Source: Ramazzottius varieornatus (Eukaryota; Animalia; Tardigrada). From it: DNA of 64,000 nucleotides. Position numbers and translations under genes: made by a program. The DNA lies in contig BDGG01000009.1 in NCBI GenBank assembly GCA_001949185.1, forward strand, positions 671,624 through 735,623, in the 5' to 3' direction. The notes under the pieces were generated by a model, which searched no databases, was not told where the DNA came from, and worked only from the letters and a program-made list of their open reading frames with translations. The first letter of the stretch is position 1, and the number at the start of each line of letters is the position of its first letter. Below are positions 13,601 to 25,615 of the stretch, piece by piece.

Positions 13601-14592
13601 GTTTGATAATCCCCATTGAATATCCTAGCGGCCAGACCTAGATGTTAATGTTCTTCTTACTTGCAGGTGGATGTCAGGGGAATGAAAATCGATTCTCGTC
13701 CCGTCAGGAATGTGAAGATGTTTGCAGTGGGAAGAACTCTATCCTGGACTTCCAGAACCAAATTCCGCGGGAACTCCCCCCGAGTATCCTCAATCCCCCA
13801 CAACTGTCACCTGATACAAAATGTGAGTACTAGCAATGTGGGCTGCCGGAAAAAAGGATGTATGACGTCAACCAAGTATACCAAATTCCGACATTACAGC
13901 TTGCAACGAACCAGCGGCTCCTGGACCGTGTCTGGCCATGATTCCTTCCTACTTCTTTGATCCAGAGATGCAACAATGTCGACAGTTTGTAAGTCTGACT
14001 CAAACTAACTAGAATACTAACTGCGAAGTGTGTTCTTCATATTTAGCAAAACCATAAAGGAAATATGGGTGTTCGTTTTTTTGCGGGGAATTAATCCAAT
14101 ACGGTTGTCCACTTCAGATTTACGGTGGATGTGGAGGAAATTCAAATCGCTTCAGCGCCAAGGAAGAGTGTGAAAACAAGTGTAGACCTCAGCTGCAAGC
14201 TCGATCAGGGCACAGTCCCACAAGGAAAGCTATCACCCACACCAACGCCGACTGCTTATCCCCCACGGAAACTGGACCCTGCAGAGGGCGCTTCAAAGTT
14301 TTCGGCTTCGACGCTGCCCAGCAGACTTGTGTCGACTTTATTTACGGAGGTACAGAATCGACAGTTTGCACCTCTGTGTGAGGCTGGTATTGTTGAGTAA
14401 GCTAAGAGTAATCTGATGATTGCAGGATGTAACGGTAACGGCAACAGGTTCCCTACTTTGAGCGAATGTAACGCCCAGTGCGGAGGTCTAATAACGTCCG
14501 ACAACACCAACATGCTAAAGATGCAGCAGCTCAGGGAAAGTGCCGCTGCTAACTTTGGTTTTCAACCTGCACAGCAACGCAGACTACGTTAG
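7618..14592 (+). CDS. Secreted multi-Kunitz serine-protease inhibitor, 10 Kunitz/BPTI domains (start approximate)
   Basis: Ten six-Cys Kunitz units starting near 8789, 9320, 10973, 11602, 11900, 12430, 13118, 13482, 13900 and 14250. Signal-like exon [17 protein letters not shown] at about 7618. Stop TAG 14590-14592; AATAAA at about 14775. Confidence 0.85.
9525..9723. mobile_element. Palindromic family copy, 2 cores, intronic
   Basis: Core motif; end GAGCTCCCA. Confidence 0.75.
11448..11553. mobile_element. Palindromic family copy, internally deleted, intronic
   Basis: GGGAGCTCGG...CCGAGCTCCC ends. Confidence 0.8.
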
Positions 14593-14856
14593 TGAGGAAC
14601 CCAACCATGGCGTTGAAACGGTTGGAAGCTCCCACAAGACTTCACATGGCGAATCTCACTTTGTTACTTCGAGAATACTCTAGTTTTTTTGCAGCTCAAA
14701 GACTGTTCAATCAAAGCTATATATCGTATCATAAAATCTTCCTTCCATAAGATACAGCACAAAGTTTAATCCAGAATAAATTTTCAGCCATCACTACATG
14801 TAACACATCCGAGTTCTTTGACAAATTCAGGATTGTACCTTTGTTCTTCTGAGTTA

Positions 14857-15800
14857 ATGTCGATAGCTTCCGCGTCAGCGGTGTTTCTTGAAGTCCGGAA
14901 AGACTTCTTTGAGACTTGTCTGGTATGCCTTTCGGTTCTTCTCAGCACGTTCAGGCTTCATTGCAGTAGTCGTCAGCATGCTCGGATGGAGAGATATTCG
15001 ATGTGGCAGCTCCCACGTTCCTCGAAAGCTAGAAAGCTTACTCCTTAGCGATCGAACGATTGTAAACACACACAGTGTAAGAGTACAACAACCTACTTTA
15101 GCCAGGCGGATTCTCTAGTACCGCGGAACTTCGGATCCAGAAAACGCCCGTTGTTATCAGTGATAGGGCAAGTGGGTCCGCAACGTGCTTTGGGTCTCTG
15201 CAGAACCATCCCCCTTTTAGCTTCGCTCATTACAGCCACTACAGTACTTCAAGTTCGATCGTGGCTGCTTACGTTCTCACCGCGGTTGTCCTTACGAAGG
15301 CCTCCTGGTCCAGTCTCCCAAGTGCTTAGCCGGCTGGCTCGATACGCTTGTTCGTACTGTCGACAACATCAAGCGTGAAATACCCAGCCCACCTCTTTGG
15401 TAAAAAAAGAGGCATTCAAACTGGTCAGAAGTTTGTAACCTGGAGCTCTTTACCTGATTCGCACTAAAGTTCTTGGACATTCTCAGCCGGAGCGAATCGT
15501 GCACGAAACAACGGAATCTTTTGAATACGAGGAAGGTCCCAAGGGGCAACTCAAAGAGCTTCCTGCCTCCACGTCCTTGACAACGTCGCGGTGGACTGAA
15601 GGTTCTAACTTTGAAACAGCAAGACGACCAGAAAAGTTGGACAAAAGTGCGAAGCTTTACGACAGTTATGGAAGCGTGTGTGAAATGGTGGGTTAGTTTC
15701 ACGAGAGAACAACGGATGCGAGAACTAAAACGCCTCAACGTCGGGTATCGAAAATGAGCTACAGCGGGAATCGAGACTGCTATAAAAAAACGAAAGATCA
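14857..15800 (+). CDS. Possible small multi-exon gene of unknown function
   Basis: Several AG..GT-bounded open segments (PLQYFKFDRGCLRSHRGCPYEG...; PERIVHETTESFEYEEG...). No recognisable family and splicing unresolved. Confidence 0.25.
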
Positions 15801-15889
15801 AGTAATGAAAATGATCGTTGATCTTGTACGAAAGAGAACAAAAAGACTTTGGTCAACGTAACTGAGTATCTACTAAAGTGTAAGCTGGT

Positions 15890-18800
15890 CTAAAAAGGAC
15901 GAACATTCTTGATGATAGAAGTATGAGGTCTATCCATAGATTGTTCACTGGTGAGACGGATCCACTGATCCGGAGAAAATTCATCGCCAATAATGACTTG
16001 CTGCAATCACAAAGACTCATAAAATAGGAATTTCGGTGAACAAACTCGACCAATCGTTTTGCCCAGTGGCGCACCCTTTCAGCGATAACGGCAGGAAGCA
16101 TGCGTCACCTGCAAAACGACCTTGTCGAGTTTTGATTGTTTTCACAAGTGACGCACGTAATTGGTAATTTTGGCCGGAAACATACGCCACCGGAGAAAAC
16201 GATCTGGTCGATTGTTTTTGCCGAAATCTCATAATATGTAATGATATTTAAATTACAACACGTTTTGTAGCAGCAAACTATAGCATACCTGCAGCATTCT
16301 ATTGCCCATCCTGTTGCAAAGTCTAGACAGATAATCTGTGTCTGTTTCCTCGTTCGTGCACGCTTCTCGGATATTGTCGATGATCATCAGCCTGATTTTG
16401 TCCATGTCTGTGAAAACTCAAACTCATATACATATTGTACATAAGTCGAGTATATCAATACAGTGAGGTTCCGAACCAAGTGTTAACCCACCGCAGTTGT
16501 TTTCCGGAAGGACTTTGAGGAGACGATCGGCAGTGCCAATCACCAGCTGAACCTGCTTGTTACCGAAGACCGCCTTCGTGCTCTCCAGCGTCACCGTTCG
16601 ATCATCACACAAGAGATAGTTGATGGGATAGAAACTACCGAGGCACATCATCAAATCGTGGATCTAAAAGAAACAACGTCAAAAATCAAAACGGAAGAAA
16701 AGCACAAAAGATGCATCGAAACAATTCCAAGTTCACGAACAAGCGTAGAAAAACAAACCGATTTTGCCTGAGCGGCAGTTTCTGTAACAATGACAGTCTC
16801 GATACAGACTGCAGGCTTTAGACTGATTTGAGAAACGACGGCACACATGTGGCTGAAACTTTTTCCACTTTTTGGAGGAGCCTTGATCACCATTTGCTTT
16901 CCTGAAGAAAAAAACACCCAAGAAATCGACACCTGGAGACGTCGGCAAATGATTTCACCCAGATCTTTAGATCAACTGGCGCACATTTACGTTGTTGTTA
17001 ACTAGTAGCGTGCGCCACATGAGAAATCGATATAGAAAATTGTGAAAGTGCCCACGTCCTATTTTTATCTGTGAAGCTTCTCAAGCATAAGAGCAACGTC
17101 GTGGCAGGCTGACTGCACATACCTTCAGCAAACCCTAGCAGAATTTCGAACTCTAGTTCTGTGGGTTCGCGAATGCCATTTTGAGCCAGTATTTCAACGA
17201 GTTTGCTAGGAACTCCAGTTTCCTCGAATGTCGGTCGATGATCACCTGCGTCGTTCTTTTTCTGGAACGTACAGTATTTCATGGTTATTTTGCTCACTAA
17301 ACTCATCACGAAACTTCTTTATCCAACCACGTTGTTGTACGCGGTAATTTCGATCTAACACCTTCAAAGGTCCATCGAAGACGAGAGTTGCCGTCTTTGA
17401 AGGCTTGAACGGAATAGCGGAAACAGGATGCACTTTTTCTGGAGCGTGAATGGCAGGAAGGGATCTCAGAGAGACGCCATTGTGGTTGCGGTAGTTGGTC
17501 GACGCCTGTGTGGGTTCTTGAAACTAAAAAAAGCACTTTCACGGTTGCAAACGCACAAAAGATCAAAGCAAAATACTCCGAAAGTCAACTTCAGGTACGC
17601 ACAGCAGACTGAGTAACTTCAAGTATCTGACTGCCACGACCGTCTCCTTGGCCTAAACTGGTATGGCTTCGCACGCGCCCACTCGCAGGTTCTCCCTACA
17701 AAAAATTCTGCACTTTGGATACATCCTATCTTTTTAGCATCTTAATTTTGTGGGGCATCGGCAAACAAAGTTGGCAAGTTTGTTTTCCCAAGTGGCGCAT
17801 GTTCTCACTGATTTCGACTTGAAACGTGCGCCACATGAGAAAGCAAGCTTGTTTACCTTGGTTTCATTTCAAGCGCCGCAAAGGAGAGCGGCGAAATCGA
17901 ACAAGCAAAATAAAAGTCATCACAGACGAAAACTTACATTGACTTTGCTTCTTCCAAAGGTTGCTCGTGAAGCGGGTCGCGACGGTTCCTCTAGACTTTT
18001 GAAGGCAGTGGCCGCAGGTACTGACTTCTGCTGCCGCTGCGTTGAGATCTCTCGGTCGGTCGGCAGACAGCGAACGTCAGCTGATGGCTAAGAAAGCAAG
18101 AGTCAAGAGAACAACAATGGTGAGAAACGTTCTTTGACACCAGAGAAACGATTGGTGCTCTGAAATCAAAAAGACTACCGTTACGGGACTTACGGCTGCT
18201 TTTGGAGCACTCGAGGCAGAACCGAGAGCCACGCCATTCGTGACAGTGCGCCCGTTCTGCCCGATGGTGATCCGCATACCAACATCAGCTGTTGATGCTT
18301 GACTTTCCGGTCGGAAAACCGAGGAATAGCTGCTGGAAGATCGCGACTCGGAAACGATGCTCGTCGAAGCTTCACTGTTCCTCTTCTGATTCTCGGGAGT
18401 CACACCAAACCTTGGCCGAGCACCCAATTTCGAGACAAACGTCGGAGCACTCAGTTCTTTCGGCTAAAATAAAACGAAAGTAAGCTGGCGGAAGCTGTAA
18501 GCAAAGGGCAGCTCGGCATACAAACTCGACAAGATTGCTTTCTCGAGTGGCGCAGTTCGTCGATGATATTGGCTAGAAACACGCGCCACTTTGGCGAACA
18601 ACATCTGCAAGATTACCTCCCCAAGTGGCGCACGTTTGCAGTGTCACTTCGCTGAGCTATCTTGCAGAGTTTGTCTACCTAACTCCAAAATAACAAATAA
18701 TAAAACTACAACCAAAAGTAGAAAAAAACCTCGAGACGGTTCGGAACTACCACTGCTAAACCGAGTTGGACGAGTGTATGTGAGCCTTATTGAACTTAAG

Positions 18801-19410
18801 ATTTGAGAAGTTTCTACGATACTTATTTTTTGTGGCTCGTCCACGATGACGATGTTCGTTCGGTCGCAGACGCAGCTGTTTGTCCTCGAGGCCTGTTCCT
18901 CCGGATGTTCTCTGTTTCCAAGTGCAAATCGTTCTGGTCCATATCTGCTAGTGTTCGGGACAGTTTCCGAGGCCGATCTCAGCTTGCTAAATCTCTCACC
19001 GAAGTCGTCTGTTGAAGAGCTATTGTTGTTGCGGGCTGCTTCCTCAACGGATCTCATTCTGCCGCCGAAGCCGCCGAAGCCGCCTCCTGTAGATCCCGTG
19101 GTCTTTTGGGCGTCACCGGCTGCGGAGAAGACTGAACAGACTTTCTCTGTAGGAACTTCCTTCTCGACCTTCGGAGCTTCATGGCGAGAAGCGAAGCCAC
19201 CGAATCTCGGTTCAGTCTGCGAACTGACTTCCGATACTGACTGAATCGTGGATGGTTGAGTAAGAGTCGGAGCGGTACTGGACGCGACGCCTGGCGAGCC
19301 GGAGCTCGGTTCGCTCGAACCCCGACCGAAGCGCGGACGACCTTCGGGCTTCTCCATGAGAACGCTCGATGGCTCCGACGAGGACTCGTACTGCGGCACC
19401 GAAGTCTTCT
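15890..19410 (-). CDS. Degenerate DEAD-box helicase-like protein: long disordered S/T/RFG-rich N-terminus plus one RecA-like domain (start not resolved)
   Basis: Spliced exons give a Q-motif region (TFEETGVPSKLVEILAQNGIREPTELE), motif I APPKSGKS, Ia TETAAQA, Ib IGTADRL, II LMIIDNIR and III region VIIGDE, followed by a stop at 15890. Confidence 0.7.
16030..16230. mobile_element. Palindromic family copy, 2 cores, intronic
   Basis: Core motif; ends approximate. Confidence 0.8.
16934..17060. mobile_element. Palindromic family copy, 1 core, intronic
   Basis: Core motif; ends approximate. Confidence 0.75.
17751..17880. mobile_element. Palindromic family copy, 1 core, intronic
   Basis: Core motif; ends approximate. 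Confidence 0.8.
18506..18682. mobile_element. Palindromic family copy, 1.5-2 cores, intronic
   Basis: Core motif; ends approximate. Confidence 0.8.
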
Positions 19411-19704
19411 AGAACACGAACAGGAAGTTTACCAAAAAGTCCTGTTTGTCGCACCCTTTCTATCAACCCGTCTACATTCCGCCCATTGCTCTGATATACT
19501 TCGTCAAGCACACCAACAGTTGATATTTTTGTCCAGAATTTTTGAAAACGGGATACGCACTATTATATACCAGACCATGGTCGCGCGACCGCGTGACCAT
19601 GGTCACATACACTCTAAAGTGCGACCGTGGTCACGCATGGTCGCATGGTCGTGTTGGGTCGGGTCGGGTCGGGTCGCGCCCACCCTCCACTGAATGTGGC
19701 TGTC

Positions 19705-19875
19705 CTCGACCAACTCGACAAGATATATTTCCCGAGTGACGTACGCTTTCATCCAATATCCCTAAAAACGTGCGCCACGTGCAACAACTCGACAAGACCG
19801 TTGTCCAACGTGGCGCACGTTGTCCGTGTTATAGGCTATATAAGTGCGCCACTTGAATAAACAATCGTGTTCCCT
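19705..19875. mobile_element. Palindromic family copy, 2 cores, intergenic
   Basis: Core motif; ends approximate. Confidence 0.8.
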
Positions 19876-19986
19876 CACGCTCGTGTTGTTCACAGGCAAG
19901 GCTTACAACGACAAAATTTGAAGATTCAGTACACGCTGCTGCACTATTCATTGGCAGACCGCCTAAAGCGGCAACGTTCATTAGTT

Positions 19987-22215
19987 TTAGCTGGTCGCTT
20001 TCGGCGGGCTGCCAGGAATTTTCTCCATGTCAATGATTAGGCCAGGCGCGTGTATCCACAGTTTATTTTCCGACACGCGAGAAGACGAGACATGTTTTAC
20101 CGCAGCAACTTCCTCCGCCGTCTCTGGGTCTTCCACATCGGACAAGGCGTCGTAGAACTGCGTTGTCGTTGTTGCCGTCGACATGCGACTTTCCAGACCC
20201 GAGTGACCGCAGTCCTCATTCTTCATGTTGTCGAAGAAGTTTCCTAGGGTGTTTTCCTTTGTGTCCCTGTCCGTGAAGACGTGACTGTTATCCACCAACT
20301 CAGCCGTACCTTCATTCGCGTCTATCTTCTGAGCTCCTTGACGGAAGTAGCCGTCTTTCTTTGCATCTTCGTCGATCTGGTCCTGAACGGTCTTCTCCTT
20401 TTTCTCTTTCGGATCGGTCTGAGTCTGCGTCTTCACCTCGGTGTTACTCAACACAAGCGGCGGAGCGTCGACCGAGTACGCCCGTTTTCGTGCTTGGTGG
20501 CGCAGCTTCGTGAGTTTGTCCGACCATCTCTCGCTTCTCTGGAAAAAACTTCCGGCGTGATGGTGGGAACCGAAAAGTGTCGGGAACGTTCCGAAGTCGA
20601 TGTGGCTGCGTTGTTTCGCTCTGAAGGGTTCTCGATGCGAAGCAAGGACTTGTTGCGCGAAGTGCTTTCACCGGAAATGGCTGAAGAGATCGGAATTGAA
20701 GTCTGGGAACCAGAAGTCAAACTAGCGCTAGAAAGAATAAAAAATCAGACATCAGTAGCGATTTTTCTAATGACTCTGAGTGAAATGACAATGACTATGA
20801 GAAAAGGTTTTCCCAATGACTTCACCCGAAGCAATTACTGGCAAATTCGGTGGTAAATTTTACTTGCTTCTCCGTCTACTTTTTCGGGTCCGAACAGACT
20901 TATTCTCTGAAAACGAATCGTACGTGGAGCTGGGAGCTGAAGGTGTATAGGAACTGCCAGTGATGGGAAGGTACGAGTGTCGTTGTGGTCGAGCAAGCGG
21001 GGGAGTGAAGCCGTCAGGCGTCGCTGTCCACTGAAGTGGACCATTGGGTTGAATCCGTCTCTCCAGGGCGACTGCATCTGTGACGGTTCACTGAACAAAC
21101 ACAGCCCTTCAGTTCAAATCAACTACTCAAATGTTACACAAGCGCTTGAAAGAAATGCGGAGTTAGTCCTATTTCACACAAATTCCACACGAACAGTTGG
21201 TCCGTACCTGATGTTGAAAGTCGGAGGCATCGGAAGAGTTTGCATACGGTTTTGTTGGATAGCCCGTAGCAAACCCCGAGTGTGCGCTTCCATCTCGATC
21301 AACACTCCTTGTTTTTCGATCTGTGAAGGAAAGCCTCAATGAAGAAAGATTCAACGCCTGGGAGCTCGCAAACAAACTCGACAAGAAAGTGTTCGCAAAG
21401 TGGCGCGCACTGCCAGTGTTATCGGCAGAGAGCATGCGCCACTTCGAAGAACGATATTGTCTGCCAAGCTACCAACACCATTTTCATTCCAAACCTTCGG
21501 GCATTCCAAGCAAGTTCCCGCTTTCTTTCTGCACTAGTTGTTATGAAGATGGACAAGGTTACATGAAATTTGTCAAGTGCTTACCAGATCGGCAATCATG
21601 GCCTGGTAGATGTAGGAAGGATCCGACTGTGGCGTGTTGGGTGGCAGTAGCTGCATCTCGTTGTGGATCGTCCATGACGCAGCGACCCAGTTATCGTACC
21701 AGGTCTGGAACTCTCTTCCTAGTTGTTCCATATGTGAGTGAATGTTCTGGTTGAAGCTCATTACTTCGGATGGAAAAGGTGGACCAGGCGTCTCGAGGAA
21801 GTAGACAGTCTCGGACGAGCCTCGGTCTTTTGTCCTGCAAAGAAAAACACCCAGGTCCTGAACTCTATCTAAACCCCACAAGGTACCAGGGCAGCCTATA
21901 TAAGGAGCAGTATAATTTATGCGGAACTGATCAAAGCGGAACTTACCGTCAAACTTAGGGGCGCAATCACCGCCCAACACGCCTTCCCACCAGCGCGGTG
22001 AAGAGTTCTCCTGGAGAATGGGAATAGAGAAGCTGTGAACTCCCCTATGAACGACGTTTCACTGATGAAAAACCAAGTCGAGTCTTCGCTACCAGATGGG
22101 GTCGACAGCACGGGAGGAAAATGGCCAGATAAACCTGGACTACGGGACAAAAATCTGGATCGAAGCCAATCGAAAGAGGCGCCTCCCAGTGGACAACGGA
22201 ATCCAGACAATGCAT
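19987..22215 (-). CDS. Uncharacterised multi-exon protein
   Basis: Open GT-AG-bounded exons (IEKQGVLIEMEAHTRGLLRAIQ...; long last exon ending GSPPKATS*). No family recognised; the 5' exons are ambiguous. Confidence 0.55.
21359..21474. mobile_element. Palindromic family copy, 1 core, intronic
   Basis: Starts TGGGAGCTCGCAAACAAACTCGACAAG; core motif. Confidence 0.85.
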
Positions 22216-22855
22216 TTTGTTTAGGTTGATTGCTGAATGCTGATTGAATTGTAAGCAATGAGCCGGCTGGATAGTCACATGGTATGGCTTACGTGTAGAT
22301 CACGTGGTGATCACGTGGTTGAGTAACTAGAGAGATTACAGCGATTAAGTTGCCACTCCCGTTCACTTTGCAACTGTTGCTACGGTCTTGCTCCGCCCTT
22401 TCGTGACGTGTAGATACATTTTGCTTTCCGGAGCTCCCCTTATTTTCGAAAAATAGCGTAATCGGAGTTACGGTTGGCTAGCATTGGGAATCAGAGTGGC
22501 TGCCCAACTAGATAGATAGATTTATTGAGCCTCGACAATCTAGTCGACGGCTTCCTCGATCGACAGAGGATAACGAAACATAAAAATACAGTACTAACAA
22601 CTAGCAGCGCAAGAAATTTGACTACTGTATTGCGTAGCCTCACCCACTCTCTGCGCTAATCAAGTGAGGTTGTGACTTCCACAGTCCCACTTGACTTCCG
22701 GTTAAACCTGCTCGCCTGGAGACATCCAGGCCATTCCAGGGAACAGGGTTCAAGTATTTCGTCCGTGTTCCGATCGTGAATGCTGAAACCAGGAAGTCAA
22801 AACGTACGAATTCCTGTTCGGAACCTCCGCATCGCATCCAGCGAACTTTGAAACG

Positions 22856-25145
22856 ATGGACGAGCTTCGTGTGTTGAACCTGAACTGCTGGTAAGCACCG
22901 TAAGCTACCGATCCGAACTGTACCAGTTCCGTTTCCTGACACGGTGTTTTGTCCTTATTGTAGGGGAATCCGTTACGTTTCTTCGGCGGTTCAAGAGAGG
23001 ATAGAAGCTCTGGTAAAGGTGCTCAACTCTGCTGCTGCTCACTGGGACTTCGTCGTTCTCGAGGAGGTTTGTTCGAATGAAGTCTTTCGATATATCAGAG
23101 TCGAAAATTCTCGTGTATCTAATGGACCGGATGAACCCGTTTATGTTTGCTTATCCTGTCTAAGTTAATACTCTAACTAGTCTAACTGTTTCGCACTTGT
23201 GGCCGTCGCGTGGACTGTGCGGTCCCGATTAGGGATGAAGCATCGTTTTGACGGACGTTCGATGTTCTCTGGCAGATATGGGCAGATCAGGACTACCAAC
23301 ACATCGCAGAGTCGGCAAAGAACGCCTATCCTTTTAGCTATTACTTCTACAGCGGCGTACTTGGGAGCGGAGTCTGTGTGTTTTCTAGAGGCCAGATAAC
23401 GCAGGTAGGTTTAGCCTCCGATGGAATGATATCGAGTTGTCATCGATCTAATTATATCCGTTGAATGTGTATCCTAGCTCGGTATGCGGTCCACCTGGCA
23501 TTCTGTTGCTTTCAGGTGCTTACCCACACTTACTCGCTCAACGGATACTTTCACAAGCTGCAACATGGAGACTGGTTCGGTGGTAAAGTGGCTGGACTCT
23601 GCAGAATTTACTACAAGAATTTGAAAATTAATCTGTATGCCACGCATGTACGAGTGACTACTCTTCCTGGAACAACTTCCGGTTTTGTAGTATCGAGGAC
23701 ATGCCACTTTTGTCTTTCATTTAGGTGCATGCCGAATACAACCGGAAGTCTGACGAATACCTTCCACACAGGATTGTGCAGGCGTATGAACTGAGTAAGG
23801 ACAAAACTGCAATATAGAAGTATTTCGTAACAGTCTGCCGGAAGTGCATTCACCTGTACGTAATACTGAAAGTTCTACTTCTTAGGTCAGTTCATCAAAT
23901 GTACAAGTTCGGAACAAGATGATGTGAACATCGTTGCTGGCGACTTCAACTTCGAACCCGATGACTTGGGATACGCCATTGTACGACGCTTTGCCGATCT
24001 TAAAGATGCGTGGGTTTGCCGAGAGAACGTGAGTTTTGAATTCTTAGTCCAGCTGTGGATGTTATTTCATGCTATACAACTCGGTGAGTCTCTGTTTCTT
24101 GTCTACGAGATGCTTTTTTCTGTAGGCTTCTGACGACGATGACGGACTAACTTGTAACACTCCGGACAACATTTACTCCAGACCCGAAACGAGCGAGGAC
24201 AAAGTTCCCCGAGGGAAAAGAATTGACTACATCCTTTTTGGAAACATAGGAAGTAAGTTCCTGCAGACTTTCTTTACTTCATTTCTGATCTGAAACTGAA
24301 CAGCTTTTCTTTACCAGACCGTCCAAGCGTCTCTTGTGTCTCAAGCAACACAGTTCTCAATCGCATTCCGGATTCTTCGCTATGCTACTCGGACCACAAG
24401 GGACTGGAAGCTGTCCTGCGGATCAGTCGAGAAGGCGATATCGGTAAGTCTGTCAGGCCTAAACAGGGAGGACGGCAAATGATTCCCAGGTCGTGTCCCA
24501 AGTGGCGAACATTATCAATGTCATAGGCTGCTAGCATGCGCCACTTGGAAAATCGATCTTATCGGCTCTGATTGTTTTCCTAAGTGGCGCATGTTTTAGT
24601 TGTAGTTTGCCGATAGCGTGCGTCACTTAGTGAACGATATGGATGAATTCGCCCAACTGTGACTGAATTTCTCAAAGAAGTTCATCAGGTTTGCTCATTT
24701 CACAGAGCCGCCAAGCCCGGCAATAAGTGTGCCATCATACACCAACACTCTCGATGAAGCACTCGAGGTCCTAGGGACTGGGATAAAGAGAACCAGGGAG
24801 ACTCGGTATTTCTGGTTAGCAGTACTCGTGGTAGCGTTGGCTGTCTTGGCTTTCACAGCTGACATCGATAAGGCATCCGCCACGCTGGTACGGTGGATGA
24901 TGAACCTTGCCAGAGTCGGACTGACGATGCTGGTGGCGTGGTGCTTCACGACAGTTGTGGTACTCTGTCGTACCGAGCACCACGCGCTGCTTGCAGCCAA
25001 GAACGCCATGTTGATCCAGAAGAAATGGGAAGAAGGGCCGCAGGGGCGAGAGATGACCAGAAGAATGTACTTGCATGATGGAACAAATGATAGTCTTAGC
25101 CATGACCAAATAGCCAGAAGCAGCTGGCCTCAAAAGACCTTTTGA
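22856..25145 (+). CDS. SMPD2: Neutral sphingomyelinase (EEP family, SMPD2/Isc1-like) with two C-terminal TM segments
   Basis: LRVLNLNCWG, GSGVCVFSR, HGDWFGGK, ATHVHAEY, AGDFN, GKRIDYI and YSDH motifs; hydrophobic C-terminal helices. Confidence 0.92.
24465..24660. mobile_element. Palindromic family copy, 2 cores, SMPD2 intron
   Basis: Core motif; ends approximate. Confidence 0.8.
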
Positions 25146-25310
25146 GAATTTCTTTAGAATGTTTTATGAAGGGTGTGTAGAAGATCCGGTGAGATTGAAC
25201 TCGGTTGTAAGAGTTGCATGGACTGCTCGTGGCTTTCCCATATTCGTTCACGCAAGGGAAAGATGTGCATTCGGTGTTCTGATAGGTCGCGGTACTTCCG
25301 CTGTACAAGT

Positions 25311-25430
25311 AGGGAGTCCGATGAACAAAACCTACAAGATAGTTCTCTTAAGTGGCGCACCGTTCCAGCCAATGACAATGGAAACGTGCGCCACTGGAGA
25401 CTACGATCTTTTCGTTGGCCGGCCTTCCGG
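25311..25430. mobile_element. Palindromic family copy, 1 core, intergenic/UTR
   Basis: Core motif plus TIR. Confidence 0.8.
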
Positions 25431-25458
25431 ATGAAGCTGGTTTGGCTTCACGCTCTAA

Positions 25459-25472
25459 CAGCCCATGGTAAC
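25459..25472 (+). promoter_or_regulatory. X-box-like motif CAGCCCATGGTAAC upstream of protease A
   Basis: Identical 14-mer upstream of protease B; similar motif upstream of C. Confidence 0.5.
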
Positions 25473-25615
25473 CCTACAATGTTGTGATCGCTTTCATATG
25501 TTCTGAATTCATGGACTGTGGTCTGATGAGTGATGATAGAGCTGACCAGCAATGGTCAAACAACATGCGTTGTAGACTCCCGTAGTATTCTCGCCATTCG
25601 ACGCAATGACGAAGG

